Below are positions 19,847 through 29,752 of a stretch of DNA of 64,000 nucleotides, piece after piece. The position numbers and the translations under genes are program-made. Numbering within the stretch: position 1 is the stretch's first letter; each line of letters starts with the position of its first letter. The notes under the pieces were generated by a model. That model was given only the letters and a program-made list of their open reading frames with translations. It did no database searches and was not told the origin of the DNA. Source of the DNA: Bacilli bacterium (GTDB lineage Bacteria; Bacillota_I; Bacilli_A; ML615J-28; CAG-698); assembly GCA_050953065.1 (NCBI GenBank), contig JBMNLZ010000002.1:544001-608000 (forward strand), read 5' to 3'.

Positions 19847-20698
19847 ATGGATATTACTAATGATGTAAGAACGAAAGTTTTGATTCAAGCTTTACCATAT
19901 ATTCAAAAATACTACAATAAAGTTGTGGTTGTTAAATATGGTGGTAATGCTATGACTGATGAAAATCTTAAAAAAAGTGTAATTGAAGATGTTGTTTTAT
20001 TATCTTTGATTGGGATGAAGGTTGTCTTAATTCATGGTGGAGGACCTGAAATATCTGGTATGCTTACTAAGTTAGGTATGAAAAGTGAATTTATTGATGG
20101 TTTAAGAGTTACAGATAAAGATACAGTTGAAGTTGTACAAATGATTTTAGCTGGTAAAATCAATAAAGACTTAGTTAATTATGTTCAAGCTGCTGGTGGA
20201 AAAGCAATTGGTCTTTCTGGAATTGATGCAAAAATAATTGAAGCAAAACCGATTAATAAAAAATTAGGTTTTGTTGGTGAAATTACTAATATCAATCCTA
20301 CACCAATTTTAGAGTTGCTAAATCTTGGATATATTCCAGTTATTTCAACTGTAGCAAGTGATAAAGAAGGAAATACTTACAATATCAATGCTGATACTGC
20401 TGCTGCAAGAATTGCAGGAGCATTAGAGGCTGAAAGTTTTCTTTCTTTAACTGATGTAATAGGTTTACTTAAAGATAAAGATGATCCAACTTCACTAATT
20501 TCTTCAGTTAATGTTTCTGAGGTTAAGTCTTTAGTAAAAGAAGGCATAATTTCAGGTGGAATGATTCCAAAGGTAGAATGTTGTTGTGAGGCAATTAGAA
20601 GAGGTGTTAAAAAAGTATTTATAATTGATGGCAGAGTTCCTCATTCGATTTTAATTGAATTGTTAAGCGATGAGGGGATAGGAACGATGTTTACTTAA
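19847..20698 (+). CDS. argB: Acetylglutamate kinase
   Basis: VKYGGNAM, HGGGPEI, GLRVTD, NINADT, GGMIPKV. Confidence 0.97.
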   Translation: MDITNDVRTKVLIQALPYIQKYYNKVVVVKYGGNAMTDENLKKSVIEDVVLLSLIGMKVVLIHGGGPEISGMLTKLGMKSEFIDGLRVTDKDTVEVVQMILAGKINKDLVNYVQAAGGKAIGLSGIDAKIIEAKPINKKLGFVGEITNINPTPILELLNLGYIPVISTVASDKEGNTYNINADTAAARIAGALEAESFLSLTDVIGLLKDKDDPTSLISSVNVSEVKSLVKEGIISGGMIPKVECCCEAIRRGVKKVFIIDGRVPHSILIELLSDEGIGTMFT

Positions 20699-20714
20699 AA
20701 AAGGGAGAATAAAA

Positions 20715-21881
20715 ATGGATTTTTCTAAAATAAAATATGAAGATAATAAATATATTCTTAATTCATATAAAAGATTTGATGTAGCTCTTAAGAGTGGAAA
20801 AGGTTCTACATTTTATGATGTTAATGATAAAAAGTATATTGACTTTTCTTCAGGCATAGCAGTTAATACATTTGGAATTGCTGATTCTAAATGGGTTAAG
20901 GCTATTACAAAACAAGCGAAGACATTACAGCATGTTTCAAATCTATACTATTCATTACCTCAAATAGAACTTGCTAAAATTCTTTGTAGAAAAACAAAAA
21001 TGAAAAAGGTGTTTTTTGCTAATTCAGGAGCAGAAGCTAATGAAGGAGCAATCAAAGCAGCAAGAAAATATAGTTTTGATAAATATGGTGAAAACAGATT
21101 TGAAATTATTACTCTTAAAAATAGTTTCCATGGTAGGACGATGGCTACATTATCAGCTACTGGACAAGACTTATTTCATAAGTTTTTTAATCCTTTTTTG
21201 GAAGGATTTAAATATGCAACAGCAAATGATATTACTTCAGTAAAGTCTTTAGTTAGCAAAGCAACTTGTGCGATAATGCTTGAGACGATTCAAGGTGAGG
21301 GTGGAGTTTTAAATCTAGAAGAAGAGTTTTTAAAAGAAGTAGAAAAGATATGTAAGAAGAATGATTTAGTTTTTATCATTGATGAAGTACAAACTGGAAA
21401 TGGGAGAACTGGTTATTTTTATAGCTATATGGAATATAATCTAAAACCTAATATTGTTACTACTGCAAAAGGGCTAGGTGGTGGATTACCAATTGGTGCA
21501 ATTTTATTTGACAGCAAATTAGAAAATACTATTGGTTATGGTGAGCACGGTTCGACTTTTGGTGGAAATCCAATTGCTGCAGCAGGAGCTGTTAGTGTTT
21601 TAAAAAGGATTAATGATAACTTCTTAGAAGAAGTAAAGAAAAAATCAAAAATTATTTTTAATAAACTGTCTACTTTTAAAAAAGTAGGAGAGATTAGTGG
21701 AAAAGGTTTAATGATAGGTTTTAAAACTTCTTTAAATGCAGATGAAGTTGTTGATCTTTGTCTAGATAAAGGACTATTAGTATTAAAAGCAAAGGATAAG
21801 ATCAGAATTTTACCTCCTTTAAATATTTCACATGAAGAATTAGAAGAAGGGCTTTCTATCTTAGAGGGGATTTTAAAATGA
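20715..21881 (+). CDS. argD: Acetylornithine aminotransferase
   Basis: NSGAEANE, SFHGRT, DEVQTG, AKGLGGG, HGSTFGGNP. Confidence 0.95.
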   Translation: MDFSKIKYEDNKYILNSYKRFDVALKSGKGSTFYDVNDKKYIDFSSGIAVNTFGIADSKWVKAITKQAKTLQHVSNLYYSLPQIELAKILCRKTKMKKVFFANSGAEANEGAIKAARKYSFDKYGENRFEIITLKNSFHGRTMATLSATGQDLFHKFFNPFLEGFKYATANDITSVKSLVSKATCAIMLETIQGEGGVLNLEEEFLKEVEKICKKNDLVFIIDEVQTGNGRTGYFYSYMEYNLKPNIVTTAKGLGGGLPIGAILFDSKLENTIGYGEHGSTFGGNPIAAAGAVSVLKRINDNFLEEVKKKSKIIFNKLSTFKKVGEISGKGLMIGFKTSLNADEVVDLCLDKGLLVLKAKDKIRILPPLNISHEELEEGLSILEGILK

Positions 21882-22780
21882 AACATTTTTTAAAAATGAG
21901 TGACTTAAGCACTCAAGAGATTATTGATATTCTAAATTTAGCTGATCAATTAAAATATCAGAAAAAAAATAATGTTGCACATAATCATTTACAAGGTAAA
22001 ACTTTGGGAATGATTTTTCAAAAAGCTTCTACAAGAACAAGAATTTCTTTTGAAGTTGCAATGTATGATTTGGGTGGCTATCCTTTATTTTTAAGTGCCA
22101 ATGATTTGCAAATAAGTAGAGGAGAGCCTATTCAAGATACTGCAAGAGTTTTATCTAGATATCTAGATGGGATAATGATTCGTACATTTGCTCAAAAGGA
22201 AGTTGAAGACTTAGCAAAATATGGTTCAATTCCTGTAATTAATGGATTAACTGATTATGAGCATCCTTGTCAAGTTATGGCAGATTTAATGACAATCAGA
22301 GAATTTAAAGGAAGTTTTAAAAATTTAAAGGTAGCTTACATTGGAGATGGAAACAATATGGCTAATTCTTTAATTGTGGGATGTTTAAAACTTGGTATGG
22401 AAATCACTGTTGCAACGCCTAAAGGTTATGAACCAGCTGAAGATATCTTAGCTTGGGCAAAAGACTTTGAAGGATTTAAGTTAGTTAATTCACCAGTAGA
22501 GGCTGCAAAAGATGCTGATGTTTTATTTACGGATGTTTGGGCTTCAATGGGACATGAAAAACAAGTAGAAGCTAGACAAACTGCTTTTAAAGGTTTTCAA
22601 ATTAACAAAGATTTATTGAAAAATGCAAAAAGCGATGCAATAGTTCTTCATTGTTTACCAGCACATAGAGGTGAAGAAATTACAGAAGAAGTATTTGAAG
22701 ATAACGCTGAAGTGATTTTTACTGAAGCAGAAAATAGATTACATGCTCAAAAAGCTATATTAGTTACTTTATTGAAATAG
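21878..22780 (+). CDS. argF: Ornithine carbamoyltransferase
   Basis: KASTRT, HPCQ, GDGNN, TDVWASMG, HCLP. Confidence 0.97.
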   Translation: MKHFLKMSDLSTQEIIDILNLADQLKYQKKNNVAHNHLQGKTLGMIFQKASTRTRISFEVAMYDLGGYPLFLSANDLQISRGEPIQDTARVLSRYLDGIMIRTFAQKEVEDLAKYGSIPVINGLTDYEHPCQVMADLMTIREFKGSFKNLKVAYIGDGNNMANSLIVGCLKLGMEITVATPKGYEPAEDILAWAKDFEGFKLVNSPVEAAKDADVLFTDVWASMGHEKQVEARQTAFKGFQINKDLLKNAKSDAIVLHCLPAHRGEEITEEVFEDNAEVIFTEAENRLHAQKAILVTLLK

Positions 22781-22832
22781 TTTGATATAATATAACAAAT
22801 AAAAATTGCTTAAAGAAAGCGAGTAAATTAAT

Positions 22833-23849
22833 ATGATTATTACTTTTAAGAAAAATGCTCCCATCAATGAGCTAAATGAATTAGTTTCAAAATTAGAAAC
22901 CTTAGGAATAAAAATTGCTGATGCAAGCAGTGATAATCTGGGACTGTTTGGTTTGATTGGTGATACTTCAGTTGTAGATATTGAAAAAATTCAAGCTTAT
23001 TCTTGGGTGCTTGAAGTTACAAGAATTACAGTTCCCTATAAAAAAGCCAGTAGACAGTTTCATCCTATTGATACAATTGTTGATGTTTCTTCTGTAAAAA
23101 TTGGTGGAAATGAAAAGGTGGTAATTATTGGAGGACCATGCTCTGTTGAAAATGCAGAGCAAATTGATGAAATAGCTAAAGGAGTAAAAGAAGCAGGAGC
23201 TGTTTTATTAAGAGGTGGTGCATATAAACCGAGAACATCACCATATGTATTTCAAGGGCTTGAAAAAGAAGGCATTGATTTGTTAAAGGCTGCAAAAGTA
23301 AAATATGGTTTACCAATCGTTTCAGAAATTATGTCAGTTGAAAAGGTTGATGAATTTGTAGAGAATGTTGATTTAATCCAAATTGGTGCAAGAAATATGC
23401 AAAATTTTGATTTGCTTAAAAAGGTAGGGAAAACAAATAAACCAATTCTTTTAAAAAGAGGATTATCAAATACTATACAAGAATGGTTGATGAGTGCTGA
23501 ATATATTTTAAATAGTGGTAATCCTAATGTTATTCTTTGTGAAAGAGGAATTAGAACTTTTGAACCTCTAACTAGAAATACTTTAGATTTATCAGTTATT
23601 TCAATTGTTAAAAAATTATCACATTTACCAATTATTATTGATCCATCTCATGCAACAGGAAACTGGGAATTAGTTGAAACTATTTCGCTAGCAGCGATTG
23701 TTGCGGGATGTGATGGCTTGATGATTGAAGTTCACAACAATCCTGAAAAAGCTTTATCAGATGGTCAACAATCTTTAAAGATTGATAAGTTTAAAGATTT
23801 GGTAGTAAAAGCAAAAAAACTTGCTCAATTTATTGGTAGGGATATATGA
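22833..23849 (+). CDS. aroF: DAHP synthase, type I-beta with N-terminal regulatory domain
   Basis: GPCSVE, GGAYKPRTSPY, QIGARNMQN, LCERGIRT, DPSH, DGQQS. Confidence 0.95.
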   Translation: MIITFKKNAPINELNELVSKLETLGIKIADASSDNLGLFGLIGDTSVVDIEKIQAYSWVLEVTRITVPYKKASRQFHPIDTIVDVSSVKIGGNEKVVIIGGPCSVENAEQIDEIAKGVKEAGAVLLRGGAYKPRTSPYVFQGLEKEGIDLLKAAKVKYGLPIVSEIMSVEKVDEFVENVDLIQIGARNMQNFDLLKKVGKTNKPILLKRGLSNTIQEWLMSAEYILNSGNPNVILCERGIRTFEPLTRNTLDLSVISIVKKLSHLPIIIDPSHATGNWELVETISLAAIVAGCDGLMIEVHNNPEKALSDGQQSLKIDKFKDLVVKAKKLAQFIGRDI

Positions 23850-24694
23850 TTTTAAAGAGTAAAAACATCTTAATAGTAGGCCTAGGTTTAATTGGAGGAA
23901 GTTATGCCGAAGGCTTAAGCAAAAAGGGATATAAGGTTTTTGGAATTGATATTGATAAAGAAGCCGTCAAATATGCTAAAGAAAAGAAGTTTATTGATAA
24001 TAAGGGTTTAACAGAAGAAGAGATCTTAGCTCAAAGTGATATTATTGTTTTAGCAATATATCCTACTAAAGTTGTTGATTTTTTAAAAGAACATCAAAGT
24101 AAACTTAAAGAAAATTGTATAATTACTGATACAAGTGGTATTAAACTTTCAGTGGTTAATCCTGTTTTAGAAGTTTTAAGAGAAGACATAGATTTTGTTT
24201 TTTCTCATCCAATGGGAGGAAAAGAATCAAAAGGTATTTATAATGCAGATGCAAATGCTTTTAAAGGTGCAAACTTTTTAATTATTCCGACTGCTAAAAA
24301 TAAGAATGAGTCAATTGAAGTAATAAAAGAATTAGCAAGAGTTTTAGAATTTAAAAATATTGAAACTATTTCAATTGAAGAACATGATAAAACGATAAGT
24401 TTTTTATCGCAATTAACACATGCCATTGCAGTTAGTTTAATGAATTCTAAAGAAAATAGTAATTTTATAAAGTATACTGGGGATTCTTTTAGAGATCTAA
24501 CTAGAATCGCTAAAATAAATGAAGACTTATGGTCAGAGTTATTTTTGCTAAATAAAGATAATTTACTTGAAGATATTGATCTTTTTATATCTGAATTAGA
24601 AAATTTAAAGGATAAAATTAAAACTGATGATAAAGAAAGCTTAAAGAAATTGTTTGTTGAGGCAACAAAAAGAAGAAAGGCATTTGATAAATAA
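23846..24694 (+). CDS. tyrA: Prephenate dehydrogenase
   Basis: GLGLIGGS, HPMGGKE, HD...SQLTH, SFRDLTRIA. Confidence 0.93.
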   Translation: MILKSKNILIVGLGLIGGSYAEGLSKKGYKVFGIDIDKEAVKYAKEKKFIDNKGLTEEEILAQSDIIVLAIYPTKVVDFLKEHQSKLKENCIITDTSGIKLSVVNPVLEVLREDIDFVFSHPMGGKESKGIYNADANAFKGANFLIIPTAKNKNESIEVIKELARVLEFKNIETISIEEHDKTISFLSQLTHAIAVSLMNSKENSNFIKYTGDSFRDLTRIAKINEDLWSELFLLNKDNLLEDIDLFISELENLKDKIKTDDKESLKKLFVEATKRRKAFDK

Positions 24695-24772
24695 TTTTTT
24701 TAATATTGTTTGTTTTGTTTGATTTTCAGGATAATTTATGTATAATTATATTAGATATATTTGGAGGTAGAG

Positions 24773-25621
24773 ATGGAAAAATTTGTAATTATAACTGACA
24801 GTTCAAGCGACTTACCTAAAGAATTTTATGAAAAGAATCAAATTGTTGTTGAACCGTTTACAATTAGTGTTAATGAAAAAGAACTTGTTGATGGTGATTT
24901 AGCTGTTATGGAACTTTTTGAATTAGCAGAAAAGGAAAAAGCTATTCCAAAAACTGCTGCTGTTTCACCTGCAAGATTTATGGAAATTTTTGAGAAAGTT
25001 GTTGAAGCTGGTAAAAAGGCTGTTTATATTGGACTAGGTAGTGGTTTTTCATCAACTCTTCAGAATGCTGTAATTGGAAAAGAAGATTTTGAAGGGAAAA
25101 TATACGTTATTGATTCAGGAAACTTATCTTCTGGAACAGGACTTTTATTACTTAAATTAGTAAAATTTAGAGATGAAGGTTTATCTATAGAAGAAAGTGT
25201 TGCTAAAATTGAAGCATTAGTACCTTTAGTAAGGACACAATTTGCTATTAGTACACTAGAGTATTTACATAAAGGTGGAAGATGTAGTGGTACTGCAAGA
25301 TTTTTTGGAACGCTATTAAAAATTTATCCAATTGTGCGTGTGATAGATGGTAAAATGGAGGTAGCTAAAAAAGGTCGTGGTAGATTTGAAAATGCTTTAG
25401 ATATTGTATTTGATTATTTCGAAAGCGATTATAAAGATAATAACATTGATCTTGATTGTGTGATGGTAACACATCCTTATGCACCAAAAGATGCAAAATA
25501 TCTTAAGGAGAAATTAGCAGCAGCAGGAGTTAAAAATATTTTAGAAACAAATGCAGGTTGTACTATTGCTACGCACTGTGGACCAAGAACAATCGGTATT
25601 TTATACATTAAAAAACACTAA
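24773..25621 (+). CDS. DegV/FakB fatty acid-binding protein (paralog 1)
   Basis: ITDSSSDL, KTAAVSP, SGFSST, LEYLHKGGR, THCGP; start ATG 24773 after GGAGG. Confidence 0.93.
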   Translation: MEKFVIITDSSSDLPKEFYEKNQIVVEPFTISVNEKELVDGDLAVMELFELAEKEKAIPKTAAVSPARFMEIFEKVVEAGKKAVYIGLGSGFSSTLQNAVIGKEDFEGKIYVIDSGNLSSGTGLLLLKLVKFRDEGLSIEESVAKIEALVPLVRTQFAISTLEYLHKGGRCSGTARFFGTLLKIYPIVRVIDGKMEVAKKGRGRFENALDIVFDYFESDYKDNNIDLDCVMVTHPYAPKDAKYLKEKLAAAGVKNILETNAGCTIATHCGPRTIGILYIKKH

Positions 25622-25641
25622 ACCAAGGAAACTTGGTTTTT
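25620..25641 (+). terminator. Intrinsic terminator
   Basis: AAACCAAG-GAAA-CTTGGTTT plus T tract. Confidence 0.75.
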
Positions 25642-25656
25642 GTTTTATCAAACAAG

Positions 25657-25685
25657 TTGACAAACAATTATTGATATAATATAAT
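25657..25685 (+). promoter_or_regulatory. Consensus sigma-A promoter for degV paralog 2
   Basis: TTGACA(25657)-17 bp-TATAAT(25680). Confidence 0.75.
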
Positions 25686-25710
25686 TTTTTTACAATGTAA
25701 AGGAGGTTAT

Positions 25711-26568
25711 ATGGAAAAATTTGTAATTATAGCAGATAGTACTAGTGATATCCCAAAGGAGTTAAGAGATAAATATAATATTGAAATAATTCCTCTATGC
25801 ATTAATATCGGCGAGGACATTTATAAAGATGGAGTTGAATTATCAACAGTTGAATTGTTTGATTTAGCAGAAAAAAAGAAGACGTTGCCTAAAACTTCTG
25901 CGATTGCTCCGGATGAGTTTATAGAAGTATTTAAAAAACATCTTAATCAAGAAAAAAAAGTTTTATTTATAGGAATTGGAAGCGGCTTTTCTGCGACACT
26001 TCAAAATGCTCATATTGCATTTGGTGAATTTGAAAAAAATGTTTACATTGTAGATTCTGAAAAATTATCGATTGGAACAGGTTTTGTAGTATTAAAAGCT
26101 TGTGAATTAAGAGAAGAAGGTAAGTCAATTGATGAAATTGTGAAAGTACTAAATGAATATAAAACAAGGGTAAGGACTTATTTTGCAATCAGTACATTAG
26201 AATATTTACACAAAGGTGGAAGATGTAGTGGTACTGCAAGATTATTTGGTGCAATGTTAAAGATAACACCAATAATTAGAGTAGCATTAAATAAAATGGA
26301 AGTAGCTAAAAAGCCAAGAGGAAGATATGAAAAAGCTTTGGATGAAATGTTAGTATATTTTAATGAAGATTTAAAAAAGAATAATGTTGATCTAAATAAG
26401 GTTGTCTTAATTTATCCACATCCTAAAGCATTAAATGATGTTGAATATATGAAGAAGGAATTACATAAATTAGGAGTAAAAGACTTTATAACAACAACTG
26501 CTGGTTGTACAATTTCGACTCATTGTGGACCAAGAACGATTGGTCTTGCTTATGTAGTTAAACAATAA
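25711..26568 (+). CDS. DegV/FakB fatty acid-binding protein (paralog 2)
   Basis: IADSTSDI, KTSAIAP, SGFSAT, LEYLHKGGR, THCGP. Confidence 0.93.
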   Translation: MEKFVIIADSTSDIPKELRDKYNIEIIPLCINIGEDIYKDGVELSTVELFDLAEKKKTLPKTSAIAPDEFIEVFKKHLNQEKKVLFIGIGSGFSATLQNAHIAFGEFEKNVYIVDSEKLSIGTGFVVLKACELREEGKSIDEIVKVLNEYKTRVRTYFAISTLEYLHKGGRCSGTARLFGAMLKITPIIRVALNKMEVAKKPRGRYEKALDEMLVYFNEDLKKNNVDLNKVVLIYPHPKALNDVEYMKKELHKLGVKDFITTTAGCTISTHCGPRTIGLAYVVKQ

Positions 26569-26572
26569 AATT

Positions 26573-26599
26573 AAAACAAAGCTTTTAGCTTTGTTTTTT
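26573..26599 (+). terminator. Intrinsic terminator
   Basis: AAAACAAAGC-TTTTA-GCTTTGTTTT. Confidence 0.7.
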
Positions 26600-26653
26600 C
26601 TTTAAAGATTTGGAAAAATATGTTATAATAATAAATTAGTGGAGAAGAAGATT

Positions 26654-27436
26654 ATGGGTAAGTATATTTATTATAATTATGGTTATTCAAAAAATAGTAA
26701 TAAAAAGATTAATTACATTAAAGAAAGTGGTTTTGATGGTGTTTTTTTATTTTGTAATTGGAAGACGAATAAAAGGTTAGTTAATAAGATTAGGAAAAAT
26801 GGTTTAGAGATTGAAACACTACATTTACCTTATAGACATATGTGTAATAATTTATGGGTTGAAGGTAAAAAAGGTGAACAATATAAAAATACAATCATTA
26901 AAGGAATAAAAAAATCTTCAAAACTTAATATCAAAACTGTAATTATGCATATTTCAAGCACTGATAATCCTCCTGAATTTAATATGCTAGGGATAAAAAG
27001 AATTAATGAAATTTTAAAATATTGTGAAAAATATGATATCTATATAGCTTTTGAAAATTTAAGGAGATTAGATTATCTAGATTATGTTTTTGAAAACTGT
27101 GAATCTGAATATTTGAAGTTTTGTTTTGATAGTGGGCATGCAAATGCATTTACTAAAAATATTGAGTCTTTTCCTTGGGATAAATATAAAGATAAACTTC
27201 ATTGTTTGCATTTACATGATAATAATGGTGATTTTGATGAGCATAAAATTCCTTTTACTGGTAATATTGATTGGAAAAAACTAATGGATAATTTAAATAA
27301 AATAAATTATTTAGGGAATTTAACTTTAGAGGTTATTCATTGTTTTCATAAAGATAAAATTAAGGATGAAAAAGAATTTCTTAAAAAAGCATTTAAAGCT
27401 GCTTCAAAATTAGAGGAGTTAAGAAAGAATGGTTGA
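26654..27436 (+). CDS. Sugar phosphate isomerase/epimerase (xylose isomerase-like TIM barrel)
   Basis: AFEN, CFDSGH, LHLHDN, HKIPFTGNIDW, LTLE metal motifs; start ATG 26654 after GGAG. Confidence 0.85.
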   Translation: MGKYIYYNYGYSKNSNKKINYIKESGFDGVFLFCNWKTNKRLVNKIRKNGLEIETLHLPYRHMCNNLWVEGKKGEQYKNTIIKGIKKSSKLNIKTVIMHISSTDNPPEFNMLGIKRINEILKYCEKYDIYIAFENLRRLDYLDYVFENCESEYLKFCFDSGHANAFTKNIESFPWDKYKDKLHCLHLHDNNGDFDEHKIPFTGNIDWKKLMDNLNKINYLGNLTLEVIHCFHKDKIKDEKEFLKKAFKAASKLEELRKNG

Positions 27437-29678
27437 ACTATTAGCCCCAGCTGGTGATTACCAGTCCTATAAAATAGCTCTTTTATCAGGAGCAAATGCT
27501 ATCTATCTTGCAGGTAAAAAATTTGGAGCAAGAGCAAATGCTTCAAATTTTACAAAAGAAGAAATTGAACAAATCATAAAAGAAGCACATTTTTATGGTG
27601 TTAAAATTTATATTGCAGTTAATACTGTTTGTTATGATGAGGAAATACAAGATGTGCTTGAATTTATAGACTTTGTTTATCTAGCAGGCTGTGATGCTGT
27701 AATTGTTCAAGATTTAGGGTTAATAAACATCATTAGTAAAAGATATCCTGATCTAGAGATCCATGCATCAACTCAAATGAATGTTCACAGTGTTTCGCAA
27801 GCTCAAACTTTAAAAGATTTAGGAGTTAAAAGAATTATACTTGCTAGAGAATTAAGTTTAGAAGAAATAAAAGAAATTATCGAAAAAGTTAAAATAGAAG
27901 TAGAAGTTTTTGTTCATGGAGCTCTATGTTATTCATATTCTGGCAATTGTTTATTTAGTAGTGTTGTAGGAAGACGTAGTGGAAATAGAGGACAATGTGC
28001 TCAACCATGTAGAATGCTTTATGAACTTAATGGTGAAAAAAGTTATTTAATGAGTATGAAAGATTTAAACACTCTTGAACTAATTGGTGAACTTTGCAAG
28101 ATAGGAGTTAAATCTTTAAAGATTGAAGGAAGACTTAGAAAAAGTGAATACGTTTATGTTGTAGTAAATAGCTATAGAAAAGCACTGGATGCATTTTATA
28201 AAAAGGAAAAAATTGATTTAAACTATTATCAAAATGAGCTTAAAAAAGTCTTTAGTAGAGACTTTACAAAAGGACATATCTTTAAAGATAATGAAAAAAT
28301 TAATTTTGATAATCCAAGACATTTTGGTGAAAAGGTTGGAGAAGTAGTTAAAACAATTGGTGAATTTGTTTTTATTAGATTTGATGAAAAAGTGAATAAT
28401 CAAGATGCTTTAAGAATTGTTACTGATAAAGAAGAAGATGGTTTGATTATTAACGATTCAAAGATTTATGAAAAATTAAAAACAAATAATGTTTTAAAAT
28501 TAAAAGCACATAGTAAAAATTTACTAGGTGGAATTGTCTATAAAACTTCAGATTTTACTCAAACAAAAGAAATGTTTGAAAAATTAAATCAAAAAAAGTT
28601 TGTTGAAATAGATGGTAAAATATCTTTAGAAAATGATTATCTTTCTTTAGAAGTAACTGATGGAATAAATGTTTTAAAAGAATTAAGCACTTCAAAAGTT
28701 TTAGCATCATCTTCAACTAATTTCTTAGAAAGAATCATTCAACAGGTAAATAAGAGCCAAAACTATAATTTTTTGTTTAAAGACCTTAAAATGCTCATAG
28801 ACCGCCCTATTTTCCTGCCTGTTAGCGAAATTAACGAATTAAGAAGAAGAGTATTGGATAGACTAAAAACGATTAGAGAGCAAAAATACACAAGAAAGAT
28901 TAATAAAAAGTATGAATTTGATAATTTTGTAATAAAAAACAAAGATTCTAGGATAGAATTTATTGCACATAGCAAAGAGCAATTAGAAGCATTAAACGAA
29001 GTTTTTGTGAGTGAAGTTTATGTTCCGTTTGATTTGTTTGAAAAATATGAGGGAAAATTTAAGAGAATAAAACTTTTATATTTAGAAGAGCGAATTGCTG
29101 ATGATATAAAAATTGATCCTAAAATAACAATGATGCAAACTTTATCAAACGAAAAAATTTTATCATCAAGTATATATTTAAACGTAACGAATATTTATGC
29201 TGTTAATTTACTTCATAGTTTTGGAGTTGAAAATGTTGGTCTTTCAATTGAATTAAATAAAAATCAAATTTTTAATTTAGTCAAGAATTATTATGATTTG
29301 TTTAAACAAACACCATCTTTAACTGTCATGGTTTATGGTAGATATTCTTTGATGATAACAAGAAATTGTTTCATAAAAGAAAAACAAGGCTGTAAGAATT
29401 GCAAGAGTAAGTTTATTATAAAAGATAGAATGAATAATGAATTCGTAGTTGTTAGAAGGAAAAATTGTATTATAGAAATACTTAATTCTAAAAAAATAAA
29501 CTTGTTAAATAATCTTGAAGAAATGAAAAATAATGGTATTAAAAACTTTTTAGTTTGTTTTACAGATGAAGATTATGAGGAAACACTTCTTGTAGCTAAT
29601 AGTTATAAAAATGTTTTTGAAGGTAAAAAAAGTGATTTTATTATAGAAGATGTTACCTTTGGATATTATAATTTATAA
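27429..29678 (+). CDS. U32 family Fe-S protein, long RlhA-like form (probable RNA hydroxylase)
   Basis: ELLAPAG, HASTQ, ARELS, HGALCYSYSGNC, NRGQCAQPCR, KIEGR, FLPVSEINELRR. Confidence 0.88.
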   Translation: MVELLAPAGDYQSYKIALLSGANAIYLAGKKFGARANASNFTKEEIEQIIKEAHFYGVKIYIAVNTVCYDEEIQDVLEFIDFVYLAGCDAVIVQDLGLINIISKRYPDLEIHASTQMNVHSVSQAQTLKDLGVKRIILARELSLEEIKEIIEKVKIEVEVFVHGALCYSYSGNCLFSSVVGRRSGNRGQCAQPCRMLYELNGEKSYLMSMKDLNTLELIGELCKIGVKSLKIEGRLRKSEYVYVVVNSYRKALDAFYKKEKIDLNYYQNELKKVFSRDFTKGHIFKDNEKINFDNPRHFGEKVGEVVKTIGEFVFIRFDEKVNNQDALRIVTDKEEDGLIINDSKIYEKLKTNNVLKLKAHSKNLLGGIVYKTSDFTQTKEMFEKLNQKKFVEIDGKISLENDYLSLEVTDGINVLKELSTSKVLASSSTNFLERIIQQVNKSQNYNFLFKDLKMLIDRPIFLPVSEINELRRRVLDRLKTIREQKYTRKINKKYEFDNFVIKNKDSRIEFIAHSKEQLEALNEVFVSEVYVPFDLFEKYEGKFKRIKLLYLEERIADDIKIDPKITMMQTLSNEKILSSSIYLNVTNIYAVNLLHSFGVENVGLSIELNKNQIFNLVKNYYDLFKQTPSLTVMVYGRYSLMITRNCFIKEKQGCKNCKSKFIIKDRMNNEFVVVRRKNCIIEILNSKKINLLNNLEEMKNNGIKNFLVCFTDEDYEETLLVANSYKNVFEGKKSDFIIEDVTFGYYNL

Positions 29679-29752
29679 CTAAAAACTTTTTATTGTTTTT
29701 TTTAATGAAATATTATATAATACTAGAGTGAATGTATATTAAGGAGGCAGAA

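Noticed and set aside
26618-26636. 19-nt sequence ATATGTTATAATAATAAAT repeated at 52617-52635
   Set aside because: It is centred on the extended -10 consensus and is almost all A/T, so it is plausible by chance.
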